Assembly: GCA_013334825.1 (NCBI GenBank)
Contig: JAAXWR010000003.1
Span: forward strand, 101,167-165,166
DNA length: 64,000 bases
Direction: 5' to 3'
From: Candidatus Yonathbacteria bacterium
Lineage (GTDB): Bacteria > Patescibacteriota > Minisyncoccia > Phycocordibacterales > JACNGX01
Shown: positions 36,226-47,082 of the stretch, in pieces
Layout: every line of letters starts with the position of its first letter
Numbering within the stretch: position 1 is the stretch's first letter
Made by a program: the position numbers and the translations under genes
The notes under the pieces: model-generated
What the model saw: only the letters and a program-made list of their open reading frames with translations
The model's database searches: none
Told to the model about the DNA's origin: nothing

Positions 36226-37755
36226 TTATCTGGCGTATTCAATAACGCGTGTTTCTCTGATGACATGCACTTTTATTTCGCCAGGATAGCTCAAATCTGA
36301 TTCGATACGACGGGCGATATCTCGAGCTAATTCTTTTGCTTGTATGTCTGACATTGCTTCTGGAGAGACAAATACTCGGATTTCTCGCCCTGCTTGAAGT
36401 GCAAACACTTTCTCTACTCCAGGGAATGAGAGCGCTGTTTTTTCTAAGTCTTCTAGGCGTTTGAGATATTGTTCAATAGAATCACGACGTGCTCCAGGGC
36501 GTCCGCCAGAGATTGCATCTGCTGTTTGTACGATAATTGATTCGGGTGTTTCATACGGATATTCTTCATGATGTGATTGCATTGCTTTGATGATACGTTC
36601 ATCCGCGCCGAATTTTTGCAAAATACGACGACCGATTTCTACATGCGTTCCTTGGATTTCATGGTCAACTGCTTTGCCGATATCGTGGAGAAGCGCGCCT
36701 GTTTTGGCGATACGCACGTCAGCACCAAGTTCTTCGGCGAGCATGCCCGCGATATGCGCCATCTCAATAGAGTGTTGTAAGACATTTTGTCCATAACTGG
36801 TGCGGAAGTGGAGTCGTCCAAGAATGGTCAAAATGCGTGGATCGAGATTCATGACACCGCATTCATAAGCAGCTTGTTCTCCTTTCGTCTTGATAATCTT
36901 ACTAATTTCTTCTTTCGCCTTATCAATGAATTCCTCAATCTTTGCTGGTTGGATACGTCCATCCATAATCAGATTTTCAAGGGCGACACGAGCGATTTGT
37001 CTACGTACAGGATCAAATGATGAAATGGTGATAGTTCCGGGTGTGTCATCGACAATGACGTCTACTCCCGCAGCTTGTTCAAATGCGCGGATATTACGTC
37101 CTTCTTTGCCGATAATCTTTCCTTTGATATCTTCAGAAGGAATAGTGATGCTTGTCGAAAGATAATCATTGTTTTGCGCATTTGCATAGCGCTGAACGGC
37201 AGTGGTGAGTATTTCTTGGGCGCGACGTTCGAGTTTTTCTTCATTGGTATGCTCAAGTTTTTGCATACGCACAAGCAAGTCTTCGCCGTATTCTTCCTCG
37301 GCTTTTTTGAAGAGTTCTTCACGTGCGTCCTCTGCACTGAGACTCGCGACGCGTTCGAGCTCGGTTTTTCTTTTTTCTTCAAGTGCTTCGGCACTTGCGC
37401 GAATGTTTTTGATTTCCTCGATACGCTTTTTCACATCTTCAATCTGTTTGTCGATATCTGTTTGACGGGAATCGAGCAAATCTTCTTTTTTGATAAGACG
37501 TTCCTCTGTCTTTTTGAGGTCAATACGTTTCTCTTTTGCCTCATGTTCAGCTTCTACGACAAACTTCTCGGCTTTTTTTGTTGCCTCTGTGGTAATTGTT
37601 TTGGCTTCTTCTTCTGCCGCGAGACGCATGCGTTTGATTTCTATTTCCATGCTTCCTCGTTTACCCATCGAAATAATGAGACGCAAATAATAGCCGACAG
37701 CAAGACCGATGCCTGCCGCGGCGATGATACTAATGATTGCAGTAAGCAAATCCAT
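36226..37755 (-). CDS. rny: Ribonuclease Y
   Basis: N-terminal TM, coiled coil, KH (KGKIIGKEGRNIR), HD (RTSYGQNVLQHS..LLHDIGK). Confidence 0.97.
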   Translation of the reverse strand: MDLLTAIISIIAAAGIGLAVGYYLRLIISMGKRGSMEIEIKRMRLAAEEEAKTITTEATKKAEKFVVEAEHEAKEKRIDLKKTEERLIKKEDLLDSRQTDIDKQIEDVKKRIEEIKNIRASAEALEEKRKTELERVASLSAEDAREELFKKAEEEYGEDLLVRMQKLEHTNEEKLERRAQEILTTAVQRYANAQNNDYLSTSITIPSEDIKGKIIGKEGRNIRAFEQAAGVDVIVDDTPGTITISSFDPVRRQIARVALENLIMDGRIQPAKIEEFIDKAKEEISKIIKTKGEQAAYECGVMNLDPRILTILGRLHFRTSYGQNVLQHSIEMAHIAGMLAEELGADVRIAKTGALLHDIGKAVDHEIQGTHVEIGRRILQKFGADERIIKAMQSHHEEYPYETPESIIVQTADAISGGRPGARRDSIEQYLKRLEDLEKTALSFPGVEKVFALQAGREIRVFVSPEAMSDIQAKELARDIARRIESDLSYPGEIKVHVIRETRVIEYAR

Positions 37756-38183
37756 ACGCGAAATGTTGTCCACGTACGAAAGACGAGTATGTGAATATGC
37801 GCCGTCTAGCGCGAGTATTCAGTGCACAAATGGCGCCGGTGTCAGAATCCGGAAAGGAAATAAAGACGGAAAAGAGCGATCAAAAGACATCATGTATGCG
37901 TTCGTCAGCCGTACGCGGAGAATCGGATAAAGGTTCTGCCGCCAATACCATGTCAATCAAAAAGGGCGGATTACAATTGAATGTACGGTTTTAGTGTACT
38001 ACCGTTTTGTCTCATTGGCAAATACACGCACTTTGGGAAGTGTCATGTAAACAGAGAAATTCCTTTTTAAATCATATATTTAGCAGAACACATGGCAGAG
38101 AGTGCGGCACATGGAGCGTCTTTCTTAAGTCAAAACAGTAAAGAATAGACGATAAGAAGCTCATGGTATGAGGTATGAAATGA

Positions 38184-38699
38184 TTACGTACGATTATATA
38201 GTTTCTTTAATTTTTCAAGACCTCGGTGTATTTGCACAGCGGTGGCATTTTTTGATTGTTTTGTGATGAGAGAAATCTCTTCAAGTGATAGATCTTGTAT
38301 ATAGCGCATACGAAGTACTCGTTGATATTTTTCTGGAAGCTCTTTGATAAGAAGGAGCGCTATCTTTCCGTCAAAGATATCAAAGATACGTTCCGAGGTA
38401 GTGATACTTGGTTCAAAGCCTTTTTCAATAAGTTCATCAAGAGACGCGGTTTTGTGTTTGCGATACTCATCAATAATAAGCTGGTTTAAGACATGATACA
38501 GAAAAGCACGCATCAAATTGATTTTCCCACCTTTTACCAGATATTTCCATGTTTTTATAAATGTATCCTGAACAAGGTCATCACCCGTTGCCGAGTCACT
38601 TGTTTTGAAAGAGGAATAAGAACGCATGCCTTTCGCATAGTCGTGATAGGCTTTGGTTAGGACGACCCCTTTTTCTTTCTTTTGGTTCTTATCAGTCAT
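38184..38699 (-). CDS. ECF-type sigma-70 factor
   Basis: DDLVQDTFIKTW, FLYHVLNQLIIDEYRK, LPEKYQRVLRMRY..LSLEEIS. Confidence 0.9.
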   Translation of the reverse strand: MTDKNQKKEKGVVLTKAYHDYAKGMRSYSSFKTSDSATGDDLVQDTFIKTWKYLVKGGKINLMRAFLYHVLNQLIIDEYRKHKTASLDELIEKGFEPSITTSERIFDIFDGKIALLLIKELPEKYQRVLRMRYIQDLSLEEISLITKQSKNATAVQIHRGLEKLKKLYNRT

Positions 38700-38934
38700 A
38701 CTGTGATGCCGAACACAAACCGATGTTATTACACGCACATTACAAAGCGTTCTGTAAAAGAAGCGATATGTCAGAAGTAAACGTGTTTTTGCGAGTGATG
38801 AAGTGGTGTGTCATTACATGTCCATGACAACCGCTAACATAATAAGGAGAATGTTCTTACTTCTTACCTTAGCATGGTATGCATTGAGAAGCGAGTGGTT
38901 GTAATAAAAGAGTTTTTTCATCGGCACCGTGTGC

Positions 38935-39510
38935 ATGAAACAAAAACACAATACAATAAAAGAAAGTGATATTCCTGTCGGAGCGGATTTCGTTGAACAC
39001 TTTTGGGAGAAGAGCTGGGTGTATATCAAGACTGTCGTTGATGTTGTACGTGAACCGATACTTATTCTTGATAAAGATTTGCATGTGATGGCGGCAAATG
39101 AATCTTTTTATCGGATGTTTCAGGTTACTCGACATGATACCGAGAAAAAGCTTGTATATGAATTAGGGAACGGTCAGTGGAACATCCCTTCGTTACGAAA
39201 ACTTCTTGAAGATATATTGCCGCAAAATGCATTTTTTAACGGATTTGAGGTTTCTCATAATTTTCCTATTATTGGTCAAAAGGTCATTATATTAAACGCA
39301 CGTCAGATTCATGTGGAAGGAGACGCTACGTTTCCGCCTATTATTCTTCTTGCAATGGAGGATGTTACCGATATGATGGCAGTCGCCGAAACCCTCGCAG
39401 GACATACAAGACAGGTAAAAACATTATTGACCGAACGAACACATAAACTTGAAATACGGTTAGAGAAATTAGAAAAAGAGGTACGTGGTACAAAGAAGAG
39501 ACGGGCATGA
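38935..39510 (+). CDS. Stand-alone PAS-domain protein with C-terminal coiled coil
   Basis: VREPILILDKDLHVMAANESFYRMF..LGNGQWNIP. Confidence 0.85.
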   Translation: MKQKHNTIKESDIPVGADFVEHFWEKSWVYIKTVVDVVREPILILDKDLHVMAANESFYRMFQVTRHDTEKKLVYELGNGQWNIPSLRKLLEDILPQNAFFNGFEVSHNFPIIGQKVIILNARQIHVEGDATFPPIILLAMEDVTDMMAVAETLAGHTRQVKTLLTERTHKLEIRLEKLEKEVRGTKKRRA

Positions 39511-39657
39511 CCCTTTTTATATCCTTGTACATGTAATAGTCACGCCGTGGGTTCGGCATCATATAGAGAGACGCTCCATGACGAGTCGACATGGAGATAT
39601 GTCAAAAAATCTCTTATTTATTCGGAATATTAATTTTTTTTAACGATACATACTTTT

Positions 39658-40359
39658 ATGAATACATTACATACTCAAACACAGAAGAAATCCTCAAAAA
39701 CGATGTTTATTGCGTGGATGACCATGTTGTCAGTTGTTTTTTCTTTCGTCGGACTACCAAATGCGTATGCCGCGATAACAGGACAATTGGATCTTGGAGA
39801 CCGTGGCGCAGAAGTCTCTGAACTTCAGACATATTTGGCAACAGACACAGCAATCTATCCCTCGGGTCTTGTTACGGGATATTTTGGACAACTGACACAA
39901 ACTGGTGTACAAAGATTTCAAACAGCGCAGAGTATTGTTTCTTCGGGAACACCAGCGACGACAGGATATGGAAGGGTTGGGCCAGCAACACGTGCTGCAA
40001 TCAATGCGAAGTTGGGTGGAGATGATGTCTCTGCGCCGCGTATCAATAGTGTTGATATAACAGCAGGGGAGACAAATGCTGTAATCAGTTGGACAGCAAG
40101 CGAAGCATCTTTTGGTAAGGTGTATTACGATACATCACCGCTGCGACTCAGTAACATGTTTGATATTACAGGGGTCTTCTCTGGAGAGCCGGTAGTAACG
40201 GGGACATTGGCTGAATATGATGACAATGCACGTGTTACACACACCGTAAACATCAACAATCTTACTTCTGATACGACATATTATTATATAGTTGTGGTCT
40301 TTGATGCTTCAAAGAATATAAGCATTACGTTACCCGCACATTTCCGCACCACGAAATAA
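39658..40359 (+). CDS. Secreted peptidoglycan-binding plus Fn3-like protein
   Basis: Signal peptide; LGDRGAEVSELQ..GYFGQLT..GRVGPAT; LTSDTTYYY. Confidence 0.85.
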   Translation: MNTLHTQTQKKSSKTMFIAWMTMLSVVFSFVGLPNAYAAITGQLDLGDRGAEVSELQTYLATDTAIYPSGLVTGYFGQLTQTGVQRFQTAQSIVSSGTPATTGYGRVGPATRAAINAKLGGDDVSAPRINSVDITAGETNAVISWTASEASFGKVYYDTSPLRLSNMFDITGVFSGEPVVTGTLAEYDDNARVTHTVNINNLTSDTTYYYIVVVFDASKNISITLPAHFRTTK

Positions 40360-40553
40360 AAAATCTCTAAGGGATAAAAATAACATACAACACATCACCA
40401 AACTCTGTTTGGTGATGTGTTGTATGGAGCTTACGAAATAGAGAAATGAGTAAATATATGAAATATTTTTTACTATGTACTTTTTGACACAGCTTGGAGA
40501 ATGTGTAAAATTATGAGCAGTTTTGCTTGTAAACAATATAAACGATTAAGAAT

Positions 40554-41225
40554 ATGAAGAAATATTTTTTTTCACGGCTCCATATATTTATGGAAAGAGT
40601 CCGGGCATTAGATATTATCTGGATGTACGGTGTAGCATGCTTAGCAGTGTTTTTTTTGATGCTAGGAAATGAAGTACGAAAAGGTGGTATTACTGTCTCG
40701 CAATATCTTGTTGTGGTAGATGTGTTTATCTTATTTGTGTGTATCCTTGTATTATTTTCCTATCGGGCGAATGTACGATGGGCTATCAGGCGTCTTACAG
40801 AAACAGAGAAGTTTTGTATGTGTATGATCGAGTATGCAAATTATCTGGATGAAATACAAGGAGTGTTTACGAAAGATAGTACACATGTACTTGAAAAAGT
40901 GAGCCTTTTAAAGGCACTTCAAGAGGATATTTATACGTATTGTATGAATTTCCCCCAAACATTCATACATGATTTCTATGGAACGGAGAATTATGATTCT
41001 GTTACTTTTTTCATGCAGGGAAAATCAGAAGCATTTACCGATCCGTATTTGTTTGCTGACATGAAGAACATTTCTCTTGAACAAGCACTTTTTGAGATTC
41101 ATGACGTACTTCTTCAAAAGAAAAAAGATGCAGTTTGCATATTGCGTGAACATTATGAGAGGCGCAAGGGTGAATGTGTAAAAAAAAGACTAGAAGCTGA
41201 AAAGGTCTTATCAAGAGGGAAGTAA
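40554..41225 (+). CDS. Hypothetical two-TM protein
   Basis: 223-aa ORF, two N-terminal hydrophobic segments. Confidence 0.7.
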   Translation: MKKYFFSRLHIFMERVRALDIIWMYGVACLAVFFLMLGNEVRKGGITVSQYLVVVDVFILFVCILVLFSYRANVRWAIRRLTETEKFCMCMIEYANYLDEIQGVFTKDSTHVLEKVSLLKALQEDIYTYCMNFPQTFIHDFYGTENYDSVTFFMQGKSEAFTDPYLFADMKNISLEQALFEIHDVLLQKKKDAVCILREHYERRKGECVKKRLEAEKVLSRGK

Positions 41226-41287
41226 GAAACGCCGAGGCATCCCCTCGGCGTTTATTGACAATAATATGTTATTAATGTATTCTATTT

Positions 41288-41653
41288 ATGGTGTTTCTAA
41301 CTATAAAATAAGAATTAGGTATCGGTATATATGATGAAAGGTCTCTTGCGGAAAATTTAAAGAGAATTCGAAAAGAGAAAGGACTATCTCCTGAGCAACT
41401 GTTAAGGAGATCAGGTCTTTCCGTTAAGGATATTCTTTCAATAGAAGATGGGAGTCGATTTCCAGGCATTATGGGCATCGTATCTCTAGCCGAAGGGCTT
41501 GGGGTAGCTCCGCTAGATTTATTAGAGGGAGATCCTTTTTTAGATGATGTTGCGGCATCTGCTGAGAAATCAGGAGATCCCAGTGTGTTAATTTCTTTTT
41601 TTGTGAGAATAGCAAAAAAAGAAGGACCAGGGTTTCGTTTAACGCGCAATTGA
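41288..41653 (+). pseudogene. XRE-family HTH gene lacking a canonical in-frame start (pseudogene or non-ATG start)
   Basis: Frame upstream of the 41471 ORF encodes LAENLKRIRKEKGLSPEQLLRRSGLS..IEDGSRFP; in-frame TAA at 41309-41311 after ATG 41288. Confidence 0.65.
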
Positions 41654-41809
41654 ATATCGTCCGGGTATATCCCGGACTTTTTGTATACTTTCATTTTTTT
41701 GATCATTCATATATACTATCAAAATGGATAAGGAATGATGCGTTTAATATAGTATATTAAACTTTTTTATACTAACTTTGTCACTTCCTAATGTTCTCAC
41801 ATACTCACT

Positions 41810-42394
41810 ATGTTAATCCCTACCGTCATAGAAAAATCACAGTTTGGTGAACGCGCATATGATATTTATTCACGGCTATTACGTGAACGCATTGTGTTTC
41901 TTGCGGGACCAATCGATGATACCGTTGCCAATATTGTTATTGCGCAACTTCTCTTCCTTGAGTCAGAAGACCCAAAGAAAGATATCAACTTGTATATCAA
42001 TTCGCCAGGTGGATATATTCACGCCGGTCTTGCCATTTATGACACAATGAAGCACGTGAAGCCAGATGTTTCCACGATTTGTGTGGGGATTGCAGCATCC
42101 ATGGCGTCGGTCCTTCTGTCGGGAGGCGCGAAAGGGAAACGGTTTATCTTACCGCGTGCGGAAGTGATGATTCACCAACCCCTCGGTGGTGCCGAAGGCC
42201 AAGCGACGGATATTGAGATTTCGGCACGACACATCTTGAAACAGCGTGAACTCTTGAACAAGGAGTTGTCAAAAAATACCGGTCAACCAGTTGCCAAGAT
42301 TGAAAAAGATGTAGAACGTGACTTCTTTATGGATGCGGATGAGGCAAAGAAGTACGGTATTGTAGATGCTATTTTGAAAGAGAAAAGTAAGTAA
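41810..42394 (+). CDS. clpP: ATP-dependent Clp protease proteolytic subunit
   Basis: [32 protein letters not shown]. Confidence 0.98.
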   Translation: MLIPTVIEKSQFGERAYDIYSRLLRERIVFLAGPIDDTVANIVIAQLLFLESEDPKKDINLYINSPGGYIHAGLAIYDTMKHVKPDVSTICVGIAASMASVLLSGGAKGKRFILPRAEVMIHQPLGGAEGQATDIEISARHILKQRELLNKELSKNTGQPVAKIEKDVERDFFMDADEAKKYGIVDAILKEKSK

Positions 42395-42553
42395 CAACAC
42401 AAATATGATGCGGACACGTGTAAAAGGATAATAGTTGTGTCGGTAATATGTTCTTTTGTACGTAAGCGTTGAGAATGATAATGAGAACTACACGAGGCGG
42501 ACTTATGCCCGCCTCGTGTATAAAAATAAAATCCCCACAGAATGCGGGGATAA

Positions 42554-42868
42554 TCAGTTGTCTTGTTTTCCGTAATGCATCAGGGAAATAAATGATCCTC
42601 TGATGAGAGCAGAAAACATTCGTCCTGCAAGAATGCCTATCGCAAGAGCGATGCTCCACGCAATGAGGCAAAAAAGGACGTGTGTGCCACATGCTTCAGC
42701 GTGCCATCCTGTGGTAGCTGAAGTGACGAGAAGAAGTGTCCACACAAGAAATGTACGAATAACTTTCCAATATATCAGTGCCTCTCCACGGCTGATATAT
42801 GTGCATCCGAGTGGTAGAGATATACCCAAAAGACAGGATGCTATCAATGAGATAATGAACAGTGTCAT
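42554..42868 (-). CDS. Small membrane protein
   Basis: Hydrophobic 104-aa ORF with downstream hairpin. Confidence 0.55.
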   Translation of the reverse strand: MTLFIISLIASCLLGISLPLGCTYISRGEALIYWKVIRTFLVWTLLLVTSATTGWHAEACGTHVLFCLIAWSIALAIGILAGRMFSALIRGSFISLMHYGKQDN

Positions 42869-42960
42869 ATCGCTATTATTTTTTCTTTTGAAAATCTATG
42901 CTATCGCTCAGAATAGCGCATGTGAGAAAAAATGCAAGAGAAATAAAAAAAAGACCGTTG

Positions 42961-43197
42961 TTACGGTCTTTCATGTTCATCATCTCCGCCATTTGTTTGG
43001 TGGGGATACTCTGTGCCGGTGACAGATGCTGATACAAGCATGGAGATTGCCATAACGATATGAAATGACATACACAGGAACTGCTTTATTGAGTTCATCG
43101 GTACAAGATTATTGATTGATGAAATGATGTCTCTCAGCACTATATACATATGAGCATGAAAAAGCAATAACAAAATGACCAGCGCGATGCTGGTCAA
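42961..43197 (-). CDS. Small membrane protein
   Basis: Two hydrophobic segments; start overlaps upstream stop. Confidence 0.5.
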   Translation of the reverse strand: MTSIALVILLLLFHAHMYIVLRDIISSINNLVPMNSIKQFLCMSFHIVMAISMLVSASVTGTEYPHQTNGGDDEHERP

Positions 43198-43589
43198 TTA
43201 AGGATATAAGGATGCTTGTCGCACTCTATTTTTTTTGCAGATTCTTTTTCATGCTCTTTTTGGATTCGTGCAGTATGGCGTGCTCCAATAATAATGAGGG
43301 CTGCACCAAAAAGCGCCATCCACATAATAAGTTCCGTCAACATTTTCTTTGCAAAAAATGGTACCGGGAGGCATACGCCTATCAGGCAAATGAGCGAACA
43401 TGCAGTTGCTCCCATGCCGACAATAAAGAACGGACGTTCTGCCTTGAGGAAATATGAATGTTTATCAACAAGCATAATTTTTTCTCCCATAAGATATTCG
43501 TCTCCTTGGCGGACACGAGAATCATAGAGCTCATATTCGAGAAGTTCTTCCGCGTCTTCCCCGAAGCCAGTTTTGAATGTTCGTGACAT
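43194..43589 (-). CDS. Two-TM hypothetical protein
   Basis: 131-aa ORF. Confidence 0.6.
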   Translation of the reverse strand: MSRTFKTGFGEDAEELLEYELYDSRVRQGDEYLMGEKIMLVDKHSYFLKAERPFFIVGMGATACSLICLIGVCLPVPFFAKKMLTELIMWMALFGAALIIIGARHTARIQKEHEKESAKKIECDKHPYILN

Positions 43590-43735
43590 GGCTAATATGT
43601 TTAAGGTTACAAAGATACTGTTTCAGAGCATAGCGTATTTGTCGATGTTTTACAATAGATACAGAGGCGGCACCGAAGGTGCCGCCTCTGTATCTATTGT
43701 CTCGTGTTCGTTTTTCTTTTTTTATTTGTATATGT

Positions 43736-44803
43736 TTATGTTATCTGTTCTAAAAATGTAAGTGCTGCGTCATTGCCGAGAACCATTTCTACGTAATCTC
43801 GAATGTGTTGTTCGGACGTGTTCGGGTGTTGTTCTTTGAGTAGTGTTGTTTCTGCATTAAGTCGTTCTGTATCGGGAGAAAGATGCTCTGCTTTAGCGAT
43901 TGCCGTGAGTGCCAATTGTGTTTTGGCACTTTTTTCACCATCAGGTCGCCATTCTGCGCGCAAATCGTCTCGTGTTTTCTTGATATGTTCTAGATAGGCA
44001 TCAAATTTAAGACCCATATGTGAAATATTATCTTCGAATTGTGACATCATGCGGTCGATTTCTCCTTCGATAATGATATCAGGCACGTCTGTTTTCATTT
44101 CAGCAACAATTGCGTCCATAATTGCGCCACGGTGTGCTTGCATGGCACGATGCTCTTTTTCCGTACGCATATTTTCTTTGACTTTCGCACGTAGATCAGC
44201 TGCGTCGGTAAAATCACCAAGTGAACGAGCGATATCGTCAGTGAGTTCGATGGGAGTTTTGGTTTCTTCTTCCGCATGGTCATGATTGCACGTTTCATCA
44301 TGCACATGATCGTCGTGACGATGTGCCAGAACGTCGCCGATTGTTTTTTCTACTTCCTCGTCCGTTACGGTAACAGTTTCTTTTTTTGCATTTACTGTTT
44401 TTGCGAGTGCTGCATAATCGGGAAGTGTGATTTCTGGCATGACGGCAGTTGTGATAGAAAATCCAAGAGGAGAACCGCTGGCAAGTTTGGTGATGGTGAT
44501 TTCGGGATGTCCGATAGCATCAATGGCGTTACTGGTAACAATAGAAGGATATGCCTTACTTATCGCCATGCGCGCCATTTCTTCAAGGATGACCATATCA
44601 CCAACTTGTTTGATGACAAGCGCTTCAGGAATATGTCCGGGACGGAAACCGTCAAGTTGTACATGTTCTGATACGCGCGCGACAGCAGTGGCACGATGCT
44701 TTTCAAGTTCGGTAAAAGGAAGTTCCCCTGTTATTTCAACGGTTGAACGTTCTTTTTTGGTAATAGTTACTGATGGTGTGAAAGAAGTGTGTTCTGTGGT
44801 CAT
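43736..44803 (-). CDS. tig: Trigger factor (short form)
   Basis: LDGFRPGHIP ribosome-binding signature; ELTDDIARSLG..C-terminal domain. Confidence 0.92.
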   Translation of the reverse strand: MTTEHTSFTPSVTITKKERSTVEITGELPFTELEKHRATAVARVSEHVQLDGFRPGHIPEALVIKQVGDMVILEEMARMAISKAYPSIVTSNAIDAIGHPEITITKLASGSPLGFSITTAVMPEITLPDYAALAKTVNAKKETVTVTDEEVEKTIGDVLAHRHDDHVHDETCNHDHAEEETKTPIELTDDIARSLGDFTDAADLRAKVKENMRTEKEHRAMQAHRGAIMDAIVAEMKTDVPDIIIEGEIDRMMSQFEDNISHMGLKFDAYLEHIKKTRDDLRAEWRPDGEKSAKTQLALTAIAKAEHLSPDTERLNAETTLLKEQHPNTSEQHIRDYVEMVLGNDAALTFLEQIT

Positions 44804-44985
44804 AATGAAAGGAAGTGTACCGTATTCGTCTTGCAAGAGCAAGACGAATACGAAGTTGTCAGTTGTTATTTGTAAGTTTCAAGTTCATTATCGTTTCTTG
44901 ACAATATATTTTGTGAACAGCTCTTGGTCTGTTCTTGAAACCTGAAACCATGTACCACGTAGGGTACATGGCAGGCTAACAACTT

Positions 44986-45060
44986 GTCCGCCCCGCCCTT
45001 TCTTAAGAAAGGACGGGGCGGACCCGCGCGCTCTGCGTGGCAGAGACGTCGCGGGAAACT
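44986..45060. repeat. Second copy of the palindromic repeat at 1-77
   Basis: Direct sequence match. Confidence 0.85.
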
Positions 45061-45116
45061 TGTGTTAGCACATACGTTGCACGTTCCACATAACGCCCAT
45101 ATACTGTTTACACAAA

Positions 45117-45188
45117 GTCCCTATAGTCTAATGGATAGAATGCGACCCTCCGAAGGTCGAGATCCAGGTTCGATTCCTGGTAGGGGCA
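45117..45188 (+). tRNA. tRNA-Arg(CCG)
   Basis: GTCCCTA/TAGGGGC acceptor, CGACC-CTCCGAA-GGTCG anticodon arm. Confidence 0.93.
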
Positions 45189-45580
45189 CCCCATTGAGTT
45201 TTAAGTTTTCAGTTGCTAGTTGCCAGTTTCAAGTATACACAAAAAAGCCGCGCGAAGCGCGGCATTGGAGATTTAGAGCTTTATAAAAGCTCTCACCCAC
45301 CATAGAATGGTGAGCATTTGAGGCACCAAACCAAATGGGGTCTTTAAAAAATAAACTCCCATCACAATGATGATTGTTATCAACGTTGTGGCGATGAAAC
45401 ATAAAACATTTTTCATAGCAGTTTTGTCTGAGTTTTTGGATGAACTATCTTGACCATAGTATAGCAGATTGTCAATCATATGTCAAGTAGTTTCGTCTAA
45501 TGTATCTTTTATATACAAGGTATAAATAGAAAGTGTGGGATAGGTTTGACACAATATTTTCCACCTGATACACTTACTGT

Positions 45581-46363
45581 ATGAAAAAAGAACTCTCCAC
45601 ACTTCAAAAACAGTTACAAATCATAGGATTATCAGATAATGAAGTATCAGCATATATGGCCCTTCTTGAGTTGGGTAAGGGCACGGTCTCTCAAATATCA
45701 AGAAAAGCACAGTTAAACCGTACCACAGGGTATGATGTGCTCGACAGATTGGTTGCAAAAGAATTGGTCAGCATCTCCGGAAAGGAGCCAAAACAGGAAT
45801 ATCTTGCCGAGTCTCCAGATAGACTGGAATCGTTGATTGTGAATGAATTAGAAAAAAAACAAAAGGAACTTGATCAGGCACGAAAGATTATTCCGGAATT
45901 GAAATCAATGCATAATGTCGCCGGTCGCCCCCAGATACGCTTTTATGAAGGGACATCAGGACTTAAAGAAGTATATGAAGATACGCTTTCCTCACATGAA
46001 GCTATTCGAGCGTATGCATCAGTGGATGATGTGCACGCAGCGCTTCCGGGATATTTTCCTCTCTATTACAAACGAAGAACCGAAAAGGGTATACCCATTC
46101 GGGCAATTTTTACTGACAATCCGGAAGGGCGAGAACTTTCAAAACACGATGCGGAAGAAATACGCGAATCCGCATTTGTCCCCGCAGAAACATATGGGTT
46201 TCACCCCGAGATAAACATCTACGACAACAAAGTGATGATCGCCTCATGGCGTGAACAGTTGGGCATCATCATCGAGAGTGTTGAAATCGCCGATGCGATG
46301 AAAAAGATATATGAGCTGGCATGGGCAGAGGCGAAACGTCTCGGTGGTGAACATGCAAAGTAA
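45581..46363 (+). CDS. TrmB-family HTH transcriptional regulator
   Basis: IGLSDNEVSAYMALLELG..ISRKAQLNRTTGYDVLDRL; EINIYDNKV. Confidence 0.9.
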   Translation: MKKELSTLQKQLQIIGLSDNEVSAYMALLELGKGTVSQISRKAQLNRTTGYDVLDRLVAKELVSISGKEPKQEYLAESPDRLESLIVNELEKKQKELDQARKIIPELKSMHNVAGRPQIRFYEGTSGLKEVYEDTLSSHEAIRAYASVDDVHAALPGYFPLYYKRRTEKGIPIRAIFTDNPEGRELSKHDAEEIRESAFVPAETYGFHPEINIYDNKVMIASWREQLGIIIESVEIADAMKKIYELAWAEAKRLGGEHAK

Positions 46364-46414
46364 CCATACGAATTTTTATAAAACAAAAAACGGACACGAA
46401 TGTCCGTTTGGATT

Positions 46415-46957
46415 TTAACATGCCTGCATCGGGATTATGACTTCCATGTTGTAGGGGATGACCATCATGTCATCGTCCATTTTCGGTGATCCTACCCACG
46501 GGTCTTTCTGGTCCAAGTTTATTTGAACGATGGGAACACGATTATTCTGTGCTTCTCCAATAACGATGTACGCAGGAGCTTTTTCCATGTCCATCAGTTC
46601 TTCCACGGACACCGACGGTTTGTCGTTTTCGGGTGCGAGTCGTACGATGGTCCTCAGAACTGCATCTCGAAGATGTATCTTTTTCATCTGCGGCTGTTTG
46701 GGGCGTATCTCACCCGGGTAAGAGATGATCCGTCTCGTGTCTTTTCTTTTGAGAATACCACCTTTGGCATCGAGAGGGAGGACATATGTCTCGTCTGTAC
46801 TTGCTTTTCCTATGATGAGATATAGATTAGGTGCATCTGCTGATGCCTCTATGAAAATGGAAGAAGTATCGGCAAAGCGAAACATTGTTCCAGGTTTTTT
46901 GTCACCAAGGGTTGCTTTCTGCTCGTCCCGTACGGTCTCTCTGAGAAGAAGTGTCAT
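46415..46957 (-). CDS. Hypothetical protein, apparently two tandem small beta domains
   Basis: LGDKKPGTMFRF..LYLIIG versus LRDAVLRTIVRL..AYIVIG. Confidence 0.65.
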   Translation of the reverse strand: MTLLLRETVRDEQKATLGDKKPGTMFRFADTSSIFIEASADAPNLYLIIGKASTDETYVLPLDAKGGILKRKDTRRIISYPGEIRPKQPQMKKIHLRDAVLRTIVRLAPENDKPSVSVEELMDMEKAPAYIVIGEAQNNRVPIVQINLDQKDPWVGSPKMDDDMMVIPYNMEVIIPMQAC

Positions 46958-46999
46958 TGCTTTTGAGTGCTAAGTTGTATGAAAAATAAATGTTACCGC

Positions 47000-47034
47000 T
47001 TGTCATCATACGGGTATTAGGAGAAATGTCAAGA
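47000..47034 (-). promoter_or_regulatory. Sigma-70 promoter, duplicated at 47860-47894
   Basis: Minus strand TTGACA-N16-TATGAT in both copies; 21 bp identical. Confidence 0.7.
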
Positions 47035-47082
47035 AGAACAAAAAACGACATTTCCTTTTCAAGAGATGTCGTTAATGAGAAA

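Noticed and set aside
37790-37995. 6S RNA upstream of rny
   Set aside because: The position is suggestive, but I could not build the long rod with a central bubble; left as an unclassified leader
41272-41706. 144-aa minus-strand ORF
   Set aside because: Antisense shadow of the XRE HTH frame on the plus strand
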